Shown piece after piece: positions 35,742 to 48,373 of a stretch of DNA of 64,000 nucleotides. The notes under the pieces were generated by a model, which saw nothing but the letters and a program-made list of their open reading frames with translations, made no database searches and was not told where the DNA came from. Position 1 is the first letter of the stretch. Each line of letters starts with the position of its first letter. Location: assembly GCF_964355755.1 (NCBI RefSeq), contig NC_092677.1, positions 11,244,101 to 11,308,100 of the forward strand. Reading direction: 5' to 3'. Origin of the DNA: Antedon mediterranea (lineage: Eukaryota; Animalia; Echinodermata). The position numbers and the translations under genes are program-made.

Positions 35742-36969
35742 TTTAATAGTGAAATAAAGTAAGTCTTGCACTGGGACTAAAAAAAACTCTTTACGTAGGC
35801 CTAGCGAGAGCGGAGAGAAGGAGTCGAGCACCGCTACCAGACGTACGTTCGATTGTACACAAAAATGCGACGTGGCGTGTGTAGACACTTCGTAAGTATG
35901 GCGCGCATTAAGTGCAATTCGTATGGAACGCCATTAATGTATTATAGTTACAGTACTTGCAAAAGGCAAATCTTATTTTAAAGCTTTTATAATAGCTGTT
36001 TAAAATAAAATTGTGGAGTAGGGAAAATATAATTGAAAATAGCACACAATAATATTTAATAGAAAAGTTAATTTATTTCCAACACAAAATCTTCATAATT
36101 TGTTTTAATATATTCATTGAGTCAGCAGCAATCTTGGTTATGCATTAAAATATCACATCATCATGCTCTTCCATCATAATCCTAATATGTATGCATTAAA
36201 ACTCATCACTTTGTCTTTGTGACTCTTAGCATAGGAATATTGTATTTCCCAGTTCAGAAAAGATAATTGGCATTTTGTACTTTGTACTTTAATACTTTTA
36301 TCCTCATTTTCTTCACATATTTCAATGTATTTTATCAATGGATTTGATATAGCCTAGTATTCTAAAGTATTATTGAATCTGACATACATTACTACTAACA
36401 TATTCAGACCATCAAACCAACATAATATTCTACTCTGTATATGACCATCCGCCGCGTATATCTCACCTATGAATTTAGGCTAAATTTGGACACGAGACTT
36501 GGGTAAACCCATTGTTAACCTTAGCATGATCTCCTGCCTCTTACTTTCATCAACTTTGGTACCCAAGCCTCCTGAGATTATACTTGGGTCATATACAGTA
36601 TGACATCATTATTATAATTATAAAATAAAATAATATAAAATAATGTATTGTCCCCCAAAAATGAAAAATAAAGATGAATTAAATTGACTTTTAATATGTT
36701 ATTTTGTAGTTTTAATAAAGTTAATCACTTCAGTAGAAAAAAAAACGAAAACAAAAAAATAATGTTTTCACTTATAAAATGGCAGAGTAAATGGTTAAAT
36801 TCAACCAAAAACCTATTGGCTGGCAGCTAATTTGACCATTTTTTGCTGTAAATTACAGTTTTTTCAAGTAAATACATTTTCAAAGTGGATAACTATCATG
36901 TTACATTAAAATGGCATATTCAACAACATTTTTGTTAAGAATTACTTTTTCAGGTAATTCTTTTCATCT

Positions 36970-39900
36970 TTAAATGATATGATGCTCTTCAGAAGTCTCC
37001 TCTAACTTATTTACATATTTGTTAGAAAGTTCACGTAAATGTTTTTTAAGTTCTGGTATATGCAAATTATAATGTGCAGAAATTGCAATAACAGGCAAGC
37101 TAATATTTTCTTGAATTATCTTAAGATTTTGCTTAGCTTCAGGAATGTCAATCTTATTTCCAACAACTGCATGCGGCCGTTCAGCTAGACCTGGCAAATA
37201 CTGATCCAATTCATATTTCAGGTGCTGAAGTTGCTCTAGAGTGTTTGGTTGAGAGAGGTCGATGACATACAATAAGCAAAGACAGCGCTCTATATGCCTA
37301 AGAAACGAATGTCCAAGGCCTTTATTTAAATGCGCACCTTGTATCAGTCCTGGAATGTCTGCAACTAATAAAAGAAATACTAAATGTTAATATTTTATAT
37401 TTTCTTATAGGTACTTTATTCTAGGAATTTCTACTTCCTACAGTGCAATCATACAGGTATTTATTTCATTTCTATTTATTAATCCACCACAATTGGTTCA
37501 AGAGGATTGTGTCATCAATAAAGCGTTATAACACATTGTGTCCGCAACCCCTATTTATATTAATAATAATAAATAATAATATTTATTCGGTCATCAATAG
37601 GCAGAATAGGCTAAAGCCCAAACAGATTCTGCACTCACTCCAATTGTTACCGTGTGTAGCCCTAGTAAGTTGCAAGGAAAGTTTTTGCAAAAAGTGGACA
37701 AATAGCAGCAGTTAGTTTGAGCAGGGAGTTGTAATTACAATTCCCTGGTTTGAGAAAAAAATATGCATTGCTAATGAGGCTTTTAAAAAAGATACTACTA
37801 CTAGTATAACATAATAGATTTAGTTACAAACAGACTAGTCACCTGCTATTTGTTCCATATCATCATATTCAACCATTCCTACATGTGGATTCAGAGTGGT
37901 GAAAGGGTACGCAGCAACCGCTGGCCGAGCCCTTGACAAAGCACGTAATAAGGTAGATTTTCCAGCATTTGGAAAACCAATCTAGATACAGTAAATGTGA
38001 ACAGATTGATATACTGTAAACAATTATTTATATAACACTCCAACAGCAGAAACCTATCAATTATGTTCACACATGCAGATACAGATACATTAATTGTCCA
38101 ATATAAATGGAAATGACAATGCTCATAAATTATCTTGGCTTGCCTAAAATAAATATAAGGGGAAAAAAAACAACAGCTATCTAACAAATCTTTTGTTATA
38201 ATGCCTTATCCCAGCTGGGTAGAACGAGTACATGTAACGGTCCGTCTGCACGTTCACCGCAAGTTGCAAGTCAACAATTCAGTCAATCAATATTTTACCT
38301 AAATCAAACAATCCCAGAGGTCATGGGAATTCTCAAAAACCATACAAATATACTGGAGCCGCTGCCGAAACCTGGATATAACATATCAACGCAATTACAC
38401 AAACACAATACTTAATCTTACCAATCCAAATTGTGCCATAACTCTCAATTCCAATTCTAAAATTCGCTGTTCGCCTCTCATACCTCGTGTGGCAATTGTC
38501 GGTGCTCGGTTTTCATTTGATAAGAATTCTCTATTTCCTTTTCCACCAGCGCCCCCACGAGCTGCAATAAACTAACAATAAAACATAAGAAGATTAACAT
38601 TTACTGTATGTACAAAACAGTATTATTATTATTATTATTATTCATTCATTCATCTTTTATTTCGGGAAAAAAAAAAAAATTCTCCATAGCTCAATTAATA
38701 TGTAAATATATATATATAAATATAAATTTGAAATGATAAAGATGAGGAAATCTGTGAGAATGAGAAAAAGTCGGCCCAACCGAGACTCAAACTCGGACCG
38801 CCTGCTTGATATGCAGATGTCCTAACCATTAGACCACTGGGGCTTTCATGGTATTGTTCAAACTCGATTGGATAGGGCGTATCAATTTGATCTCTGGTGC
38901 GCGTACGTACAACTGAGGATTAGTGCTGTTCCACCGTACCACGCCGAGAATGTTAAAGAGTCGCTATCCAATCGAGTTTGAACAATACCATGAAAGCCCC
39001 AGTGGTCTAATGGTTAGGACATCTGCATATCAAGCAGGCGGTCCGAGTTCGAGTCTCGATTGGGGCGACTTTTTCTCATTCTCACAGAATTCCTCATCTT
39101 TATCATTTTAAATTAATTAATTAAATTTCAGTATATCACCGGGCGGTTTAGAATTAATGTTCATTGCCTGATGTGTTTATATATAAATATATAAATCCAA
39201 AGGCAAATTACTGAAAAAAATGACAATGCTGTGGGTATCAGTGGCTGGATCTCAATGGAGATTTTAAAAAAAAGCGAAAAGCTAAATCAAAACGATAAAG
39301 TAAACAGCCAGAAAAGTTAGCAGAGCTTTCGGGCAACACTAGCCCTTCATCAGTGCAAAAATATAAATATATAAAAATAAAACCTACGCCACATAGTCAC
39401 GTGGTTAAAAACAATAGCTTCATCCATCTACCATGTAGATTGGATGAAGGAAAAGCAAATTCATGAATACATATTGTCTGACCTCCCCAACCTGCCATAT
39501 TCAGTACCACCTTACGTTGTAGTTCATATTATTATTAATATTATTATAAAGTATTGTTGAAGTATATAGTGGTTGCTGTTGGTAATAAAATTAACCAACT
39601 ACTGTACAATGACACTACATTGCTTTATGAATATATGTCCATATATCCAAAAATGACCAGGGTAATAATATGTACAGCGCTTAGAGGTTTCACAAAAGTT
39701 AGGCGCTTCATAAATCCAGGATATTATTATATTTTTGCTGGATCTATCTCTATGTTACTGTACACAATATTTGTGTACATGTAGGGCTAATAGTGGCATT
39801 TATTAGTTACCTCATCACCATCATGTTCAAGGTCTACTAAACAAACATCATTTTCCTTTATCATAGTTCCAACAGGTACCTACATTAATAAAAGAAGAAT

Positions 39901-41866
39901 AAACATTGTAAAAGTCCAGATGTTCCAACTCTTCCGATAACTGCAGGATGGTTTCCCGATAACTTGAGTGATCTCCCCGCCTACCATTAAAGGTGAAATT
40001 TCTCTAGATTATTTTAAATATACAAAAAATATCTCTGCTTGATATATCCACTGATATATATGTTGCCACAGATTTTTAGAAACAGCTTATCCTCTATGTT
40101 TGGGTATATTTTGTACAAATTATAAGCACCTTCTATAGGTTGGCCATACTTGTATAAAGTCTCCCAATATGTAATTTTTCCAAGTTGGGACCTCTGCAAG
40201 TGCAAATCGGTAAACAGAAGCTGCAATGACACTGTAGGCTATATTCGTCTAAACACCTACTGTGACTTTTGATACTAGGCAGCTTTGGATACAGGCGACA
40301 CAGAAGTGTACCACGTGCTTGTTAGAAAATGGAGAGAAGCAACTTCAAATCGCGTTGCCTGTTCAATGGTCCGCGGGAAGTTTTCTTGTAACCACATGCC
40401 CATTAGTGTAAATTGCATTCACGGTTGTGTGTGGCTCACTGCTGCGTCGCCTGTTTTGAAAACTGCCTACTATTACTGTACTACTACATTACCTCAACAA
40501 TTGTGTGCGTTGCATTCTTCCCATGACTATTACTACTGCTTCCTCTTACACCATTTTCTCCTTTGTAAGTTGATACAACTTTATCCAAACTTTTGATTTT
40601 TTTGGATGCTAAAAGGAAACAATTTTTTTCCAGTATCTAGTAAGCAAAATTCTGTAATACAGTGTCATAAAGGTCATAAGTCTAAAGGTCTGTCCACACT
40701 ATCAAACTTTATCTGAACTAAACTGTAATGCAGAATATGTGGAGATACAGTAGAAAAAATTGGGTGCTTAAACTAAAGAACTTATAACACAAGAATCTCC
40801 TGTTCTTCAATTTGCATTCAAAACACAGTATCGGAAGTACAGGGTTAAAAGGTCAAACTGGGCGACGCCATTTCACAGCATGGAGCAGCGCCCCCTCCAA
40901 ACTAGGAAGTCAATTACTCTACCCCCCTAGAGTATTAGCAGATCCCCACTATGATTTTGACTTTCTAATTTGATGCGGGTGCCCTACTCCTCAGTCAATT
41001 ACTCTATCCCGCCTAGAGAATTAGCAGATCCCCTCTATGATTTTGACTTTCTAATTTGATGCGGGCGCCCTACTCCATGGCTCACAATGGCGCCACCCAT
41101 TAGCTCTATTCTATCCCACAATGCCTTTCGAAATTGTTACGCGCTTCGGACAAACAGGAGATTCTTGTTTTATAAGTTCTTTGAAACTGCAGTGTTACAT
41201 ACATCGTACAATGACCTTTGCCCCATTTCCTCCATTTCCACCATCAGGGCCTCCAAATTCCACATGTGCCTCTCGTCTCATAGATATGCAACCATCCCCT
41301 CCTTCCCCTCCAATGAAAACAACTTTCCGCCAATCAATGAATTTTTTAGTCTAATAATTATTGAATTATAAAAATGAGTAACATCAATTTTGTGTTTTAT
41401 TGATATGAGAATAGTAGTCTACTATCAGTTTGTAAATAATACATTTTTATAATAACATGATAATGTAAGAACTGAAATAATGAATTACCAAAGCATTTTT
41501 TTAAATTATGTTGACTAATATAAATGTATTTAGATTTTTAATAGTGCCCTCAATGGTTTGAAGTATTTTTTAAAATGTTATAACCCAATTTATGAATGAA
41601 AATACAAATTTTCATGCATTTTACTTCCTGACTAAAAAGCATTTCTAACTTTATTGTACTACAAAATAAAACAAAAACTTTACCAATTTTTTTTCTGTAA
41701 GTTTTGGTTTTTTTGAGAAATATCGACGCAATGTATAATCTATAGATATATGATCATGTTCTCTTATTCCTCTTTTCTTGAATATTCTAATCAAAGTGCA
41801 CCATCTTGTTGATTTACAGTTTAACTGTTTAAAATATGACATTACAGCTGGATAAAATGCAAACAT
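36970..41866 (-). CDS. MTG2: Mitochondrial ribosome-associated GTPase 2 (Obg family, GTPBP5). Approx. exons 41866-41684, 41350-41203, 40608-40493, 39880-39811, 38571-38422, 37981-37843, 37364-36970
   Basis: Basic presequence ending LTEKKL, then FIDWRKV...GGEGGDG...[27 protein letters not shown]1 [13 protein letters not shown]2 YPFTTL, G3 [11 protein letters not shown] and G4 GNKID. Confidence 0.93.
38772..38843 (-). pseudogene. Inverted second tRNA-Asp(ATC)-like copy with a mutated T loop (GTTTGAG)
   Basis: Reverse complement of 38996-39067 with a few substitutions, also followed by T5. Confidence 0.6.
38996..39067 (+). tRNA. tRNA-Asp(ATC)-like sequence, probably repeat-borne or pseudo
   Basis: 72-nt cloverleaf: acceptor GCCCCAG/TTGGGGC, D arm GTCT..GGAC, anticodon arm TCTGC-ATATCAA-GCAGG, T arm CCGAG-TTCGAGT-CTCGA. 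A box TGGTCTAATGG, B box GTTCGAGTC and a T5 run 3 nt downstream. Confidence 0.6.
39318..39358 (-). ncRNA. Minimal type I hammerhead ribozyme motif within a Penelope-like repeat remnant (~39215-39360)
   Basis: The minus strand reads TTGCA-CTGATGA-A-GGGC-TAGTGTT-GCCC-GAAA-GC-TC-TGCTA. This gives an intact CUGAUGA/GAAA core, stem II, a palindromic mini stem III (AGCT), a UH cleavage site and a short stem I. Confidence 0.72.
40908..41077. repeat. ~86-bp tandem duplication in an MTG2 intron
   Basis: agtcaattactcta...ttagcagatcccc...tatgattttgactttctaatttgatgcggg...ccctactcc occurs twice. Confidence 0.85.
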
Positions 41867-43099
41867 TCCAAAGTTTCCAATATGCACCTAATATGGTAAA
41901 TAAAATTAGGAAAAATCAAGATAAAACACTACCGTATATCCTCTGGTATAATCCCACCCCTAGAACATGAAATTGGGGGGTGGGACTATACCCTGGTTCA
42001 GGAAAAAAAATGATTGGTAAGCATTTCTTGTAAAAACTCATCTGAACTGGCTAAAGAGAGGCCTACATCCAGACCAAAGTCATACTGGGACTATACTCGG
42101 AAATATGCCCGTTTGTGAAATCAGACATAAAGGTGGTGGAATTAGACCACAAAGTGTATAGGATCGAAACGGTTCTGTCTGCATATTGGATACACAGTAA
42201 TTCATTCAGTTTTATTGATCTGAGTTAATGAAACATGAACGTTGGCATTGCACTGATTTCAATCTTTTGGTGTCTTTGGCATTATAATAGACTCATACAA
42301 ATCAATGTAACCCCCACCAGGAATATACTGTATATTTGAGAGAAAGTGTGTTTACAAAAATAAAATAAAAATCTTTTATGTATTATATATATATTTTAGA
42401 AAGGTAGCCCTAATTTATTTATATAACTATTTATATTTCAATGTTTAGCGGCTTAACTTCCCTTGATATAATTATTAATATTTGTATGCTACAATGTTTA
42501 TAATTTATATTATTTATAGCCTCAGGTAAATAAAGAAAGAAAGAATCGTAGATTGTTCACCAATCATGCAAGGTGGTAAGAAGTTGAAAAAGTACACTAA
42601 AATATTGTCTTATTTATAAATTTTTTTAAATGATATCCTAAGGCAAAATTGTGCAATATATACTGTCTTTATTATAATAATTAATATACAAAAAAATGAA
42701 AAAAAGTCATGCCCCATACAAGGAAGTTGTAAGATAAGAAGTATATATTGTATTATTTGTTGATTCTTCAAAGGTGAAAGCAGTCTACCTTATAAAACAC
42801 AATGCCTTCACATTGTCATTATAGATTACATTGTTGTAGGCCTTTGATCTTTTGAGTAACCCAGCAATACAATTACAAGTACACATGATCAACTAACTGT
42901 ATATTCAATTTTTTGCCTAGGATAGGGCCTAACAAGTAACACAGAGTGTGTGGCCTAAAATGGATAGAAAAAGTAAGGGTAACACGATCGACGGAATATG
43001 AACAACTTGATGGTTAATTTATGCCTAATTTAGACAACTAAAATATCATACTATGTGCAATAACATCAAAGTTTTTGACCCGAAAGTTCCCCCTCTACC

Positions 43100-43283
43100 A
43101 AATACTCAGCCATCCACCATCTGCTCTTTAAAGGTGCATGCAGTGCGCATGAACCGTACCACCCACCGGTGTGGTATCTTTATCAATATTTGAGTAAAAA
43201 GTTTTTTAATTGGCTGGAATTTGTTATATTATTCGGCTTATCCAATAAGAGTCGGCAATACACCCACTACTGGAGCGTAGCAA
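43100..43283. promoter_or_regulatory. Likely shared bidirectional promoter of MTG2 (-) and PEDS1 (+)
   Basis: Head-to-head gene arrangement, opposed CCAAT boxes (ATTGG ~43209, CCAAT ~43241) and an NRF1-like TGCGCATG at ~43144. The MTG2 ATG exon is preceded by an acceptor at ~41889, implying a non-coding first exon upstream. Confidence 0.5.
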
Positions 43284-46200
43284 ATGCAGTACATTGAGGA
43301 CGTTATGGCGACTTCCGACCGGGTTGTGGCGAAGGCTAAGAAGATGACAGAAGAGGACCTAAATTGTAATCAAAAGGGAGTTACCAAACAAAAAAAGGTA
43401 TCAAGATGGGGTCCAAATCATGCTGGTGCAAAAGAGCTAGCTGGACTGTATACAAAAGGTAAGAATATGATTAATTTTACGTTTCAACCTTACCTTACGT
43501 AACGTACGTAGCTTAGGCCCAGACTATAAGTTTAGCATGTTGGGTTGGTCAGGTCACTTAATTTCATCAAGTAGGCCGTAGTGTGCTAGGCGAAGGCAGT
43601 AAACCTGGCTTGGAGATATTACTATTCTAGGTCGAAACCCTGGCCCAGCTTTTTAGCTAGGGTATAATATTTGATGGTAATGTTATATTATATTACTAGC
43701 CTAGAGGCTGTGCTAGCTAGTAGGGGAATGTTTTAATTTTATTAAATAAATATTAAATTCTTTTTACTATTTTACGATAATTTTAAGAGGAATGGAATGG
43801 AATGGAAATGAACATGTCATTATTTAGACTGGGCCTATTATTTTTAATTTGTATTAACACATAGAAATCTGAAACAAAATTAATGAGACAAAACATAGCA
43901 ATAAGGAAGTATAGTAAATGTGTTACATAATAGAATGGCATAGACTAGTAGTAGAAATAGTATTGCTACCAGCCTAGGCCGTGATTTTGTATAAAGTCTT
44001 TAACATAAATTATAGGCCTAGGCTAGGCCTAGTTAGTAAAGTAATAGTAGTGTTGTACTACATTTTGATCAATGTGAAGCCTTTTACTTTGCCAGTGGCT
44101 TCTTAATAACATTTAATTATATAATCTGTAGTAGTATGACTAGCTGTTTTGTATTTTCCCTCTTATATAATAATACTAAGGGAAACATTTTAGACATGAA
44201 AAACAATTACTAGACCTAATTAAAATGAAAAATGATTTATACAAAATTTAGAAGGATAAGTTTAATTATTTTACTACAGTATATAAAATGATGTTATAGG
44301 TAAAATATTGGCAACGAGTGTATCAATTTTATAAAATTAATCGATGATGAATCAAGATTTTAATGCAAAAAAAAAGAATCATTGATTTAAACAATGAATT
44401 ATATAATCAAGGTAGTTTATATTCCATTAAACTACTGTAGTATTAATAATAACAATTCCTTGGTGGTAATTACTAATATTAATAACACTAATTTTAGGAC
44501 CCCTCTTCAAAAACAATAGATAACTTTAAATACAGGTTGTGATAATAGTAAGAAATAATAAGGAATGAAATTGTGTAGTATTTATTTCTCAGTTTATTGC
44601 ATAGTACAATGACAGGCTACTAGAAAGTTTTCAACCTGCAAGGGTACCTGTGCAGTACTAAACTTCTCAGGGTATTCAAACAATAGGCATAAAATGCCTT
44701 TTAAAACCAAGAGATTATGTATACAAAATAACAATGAATATTGATTACAAACTTGTTGTTCTTTTCAGGGAAGCGTACACAAGAGGTTACATGTGTATAC
44801 ACCTGTTTGTTTTTGGCAATCTTTAACATTTTTCAACTGGTCTACCATTTTAGCATTGAAAATTGGGCTGCCCCATTTGCGGCTGCATGTGAGTAATTCT
44901 TTAATCTTTGTTGAATTTACCAATTACTGACCAGTCATTACTACAAATACTAAGCCAAATGAATTGCATAATTAGTATTCTGACCTAGTATGATCCCACT
45001 CCCTAATTTAGAAAAAAAAATTGAACTCAGAACTTTGGTAAATCCATTGTTATGCAGGTAATCTAAATCAGGGTTAGACATTTGATTTTTTATTCACTCT
45101 AGTAAACCTTTTAAACCTTGAAAAAAATCTAACTAGCAACATACTACTTGCTAATTTTTGACTACCAAAAAATAATATATAGTCTACTAGCAAGTTGCTC
45201 GTTTGCTAGGGTGAATTAATCCCACCCCATAATTTAATCAGACAAAAGACTAAATCCATTATTAATCATAAAGGCAATCTGAGTATATTCTATTCCTAAA
45301 ATGGCCAATCAAATGTCCCCCCCCCCTCCCCAATGAGACTACAGTGTACTTTATAGGCCTACTATACTGTTATAATACAGTGAATTGTTTTATAGATTAT
45401 ATACATCTACTGTATGCTATATTCTCAATATATATTTTTTTTAAGTAGGTTATTTAGAATTCTGACAATCAGAAAAGCACTTGTTTATACCTTGATACAT
45501 ACAGTACACTGAAGTGAGCGTACCAGCATGCTATGTCTAAAATTAATTTTTACGACCCGTGATGTTGTAGTTCATACATACTGTTATAACGTCCTATTTT
45601 GTTTTAAAAATGATATTCGAATAATGTTATTTTGTATTTTGCAGTGTTTGGCATTGTGGTCGCTGATTTTCTCTCAGGTTTTGTTCACTGGAGTGCCGAC
45701 TCCTGGGGATCCATAGAACTTCCAATTTTAGGACAAGTAATTTTCTTTCTTTTTTTCTTACTACAACCACGTGTTATGCTGGGCTTGCAGAATCAGTTGC
45801 GCTTGGCCTGGGGGCAAACAAACATTTTCTGTAGGTAAACTATGGCAAGTGAAAATTGCAAAAACAAACCCTGTGATATTGAGACGGCAACCAAATCTCA
45901 GGTACTAGTTGCCATCATGACAATAAAAATCTTGATTCTGCGAGGCCTGCGCTAAGTTATAACCTTATTTCATGTTCAACACCCCTACATATTCTTACGC
46001 TCAATAGGAGTGAATCTGTCAATTTGGAAATGTATGTTAACAGTAAAACATCTAGATAAATAAATGATTCAAGATTAGATTTATTGTCCACTCACTACCG
46101 AAGGAGATACAGATCATCAGGTGATGTATAGATATTGATATGTTTGTTCAGTACAAACAACCCAGTATGAAATATGTAATGGGTGTTCCCTACCAAATTT

Positions 46201-46905
46201 AACTACAGTACAAGCATGATATAAAAAGATAAATGTTAAACTAAAGCTCCGTCTACACTCAAATATGGTAGTGATATGACATCATAATGTCCATATTTGG
46301 GCACATCACCTTTTTTAGTCAGTTTGATAGTGTATATTTAACTTTTAAGATGCGTATAAACTTCGCCACTGCAGGTATTTAGGTTTTTACAATTAGTAAT
46401 GTTGGTTTTTTTTTTTTTTTTGCAGAATTTTATACGTCCATTTCGAGAGCATCATATTGACCCGACTGCAATTACACGTCACGATTATATCGAGACTAAT
46501 GGAGACAATTGTATGATGGCTATTCCATTATTGGCCTGGCAGGCATTCACCTTCTGCGTTTACACGAATGAACGAATACGTGAACTTTATAGCTGGGAGT
46601 GCTTCCTATTTCTTCTCTGTATATTTATTACACTAACTAATCAAATTCACAAGTGGTCGCACACCTATTTCGGCCTACCACCGTGGGTGGAGTTTCTCCA
46701 AAGATGGCACGTAATACTGCCGAAGCAACACCACCGAATACACCACGTTTCCCCACACGAAACGTATTTCTGTATTACCACCGGTTGGCTCAATGGGCCG
46801 CTAGAATTTTTGAAATTTTGGAGCAGGGCTGAGTGGCTACTTGAAAAGTTAACCGGTCACAAACCAAGATCAGACGACCTGAAGTGGGCGAAAAAAACGA
46901 ATTAG
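43284..46905 (+). CDS. PEDS1: Plasmanylethanolamine desaturase 1 (TMEM189/Kua). Approx. exons 43284-43458, 44769-44888, 45645-45736, 46427-46905; the start may be the ATG at 43305
   Basis: RWGPNHAGAKELAGLYTKGKRTQE, ADFLSGFVHWSADSWGSIELPILGQ, FIRPFREHHIDPTAITRHDYIETNGDNC, NQIHKWSHTYFGLP and HHRIHHVSPHETYFCITTGWLN. Confidence 0.96.
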
Positions 46906-47790
46906 CTTTATTAATTGATCACCCATCCTATTCTCTTTAGTTCAGAGCTGAAGCCCAAAGCAGTGATGGTTCAATAGGAAATGTTGGTATTGCCAATGGT
47001 TGGCAATACAAAAAGTAATGTTTTGTTGGTTGCTGAATACCTTTATGATCTTCTTTTGTATGTTTGATCAGACGTTAAGGTAGGCATATGCAGTCTATAG
47101 TAAACAAAGAGCTTTGTTATGTCATTCATAAAATGTTTACTTACTTTAGTTTCGTGGGGTTGTATTTAATGCAAATATGAAATCACTATTCAGCTCGCTT
47201 AAAGTTGGCAGTATACAATACAAATCATGAATATTCATGAGTTGATAGATTGACTATCCCATTAAATGAGGCTAAAACAGAGTTTTAAATAAAAACAGTC
47301 GTGTTTCAACAAATTTGAAACAAAAAAGACAAATTTGGCATGTTCTTCAAATACAAAAGTCATTTTTTTTATATAATGCACCTGTTCTAGAGTAATCAGC
47401 AATTTCCGTCTTTAATGTCTAAGGCTTCTGTGCTAATAATAAAAAAAAATAACTCTTACATAAGGAAATGTATTTACGCAAATTATTCTTACAGGTTTAA
47501 AAAAATAAATGGCACTTTGTAATGTCTAAATTTTCCTATAATAAAAAGTTAACTTAGCACTTTGAATTAAACTGGCTGAACTTAACAAATACATTTTTCT
47601 TACCCGTAAATGAAAAACGTGATAAACATTTTTAAAATGTACTTTTAATGTATGATTTATTAGTTAACCTCTGTATGGGTGGTTTAACCACAAACAATAT
47701 ATTTCGTGTGATGGTTTGAATAATGGGAAATACTATTGTTGTTCATGATAATTGACACTTTTATTGGCACAGAATGCCTCGTTTTCTGGA

Positions 47791-48373
47791 AAGTGTTATT
47801 GTGATATTAGAAATCTTTCGCTTTGCGATCACCTAGATCATACTCGAATATCTTGTCGGTTGTTGCCTGAACCTACAATCCGTCAATACCATTAAGTGTT
47901 ATTGTGATATTAGAAATCTTTCACTTTGCGATCACCTAGAACATTGTGTTGTCGGTCGTTGCCTGAACCTACAATCCGTCAATACCATTAAGTGTTATTG
48001 TGATATTAGAAATCTTTCGCTTTGCGATCACCTAGAACATTGTGTTGTCGGTCGTTGCCTGAACCTACAATCCGTCAATACCATTAAGTGTTATTGTGAT
48101 ACTAGAAATCTGTCGCTTTGCGATCACCTAGAACATTGTGTTGTCGGTCGTTGCCTGAACCTACAATCCGTCAATACCATTAAGTGTTATTGTGATACTA
48201 GAAATCTTTCGCTTTGCGATCACCTAGAACATTGTGTTGTCGGTCTTTGCCTGAACCTACAATCCGTCAATACCATTATTAAGTGTTATTGTGATATTAG
48301 AAATCTTTCGCTTTGCGATCACCTAGAACATTGTGTTGTCGGTCGTTGTGTGAACCAAGAAGCCGTCAATACC
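47791..48373. repeat. 96-bp tandem repeat, ~6 copies
   Basis: Unit aagtgttattgtgatattagaaatctttcgctttgcgatcacctagaacattgtgttgtcggtcgttgcctgaacctacaatccgtcaataccatt starts at 47791, 47894, 47990, 48086, 48182 and 48281. Confidence 0.93.

Larger units (their letters stand above)
38725..39114. mobile_element. Foldback element with ~150-bp arms, each containing a tRNA-like Pol III unit (MTG2 intron)
   Basis: 38725-38875 is the near-perfect reverse complement of 38964-39114, separated by an ~88-bp unique spacer. Confidence 0.85.

Noticed and set aside
35742-35888. N-terminal extension of DAD1 suggested by the ORF track
   Set aside because: It starts at GTG and covers promoter/5' UTR. The conserved protein starts at the ATG at 35741.
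38996-39067. Bona fide tRNA-Asp gene
   Set aside because: The ATC anticodon, A at position 32, a T-stem mismatch and the position inside a palindromic repeat argue against a canonical decoding tRNA. It is kept only as tRNA-like.
47791-48373. Possible CRISPR array
   Set aside because: Units are identical along their whole length with no unique spacers, there are no cas genes, and the context is eukaryotic. It is a tandem repeat.
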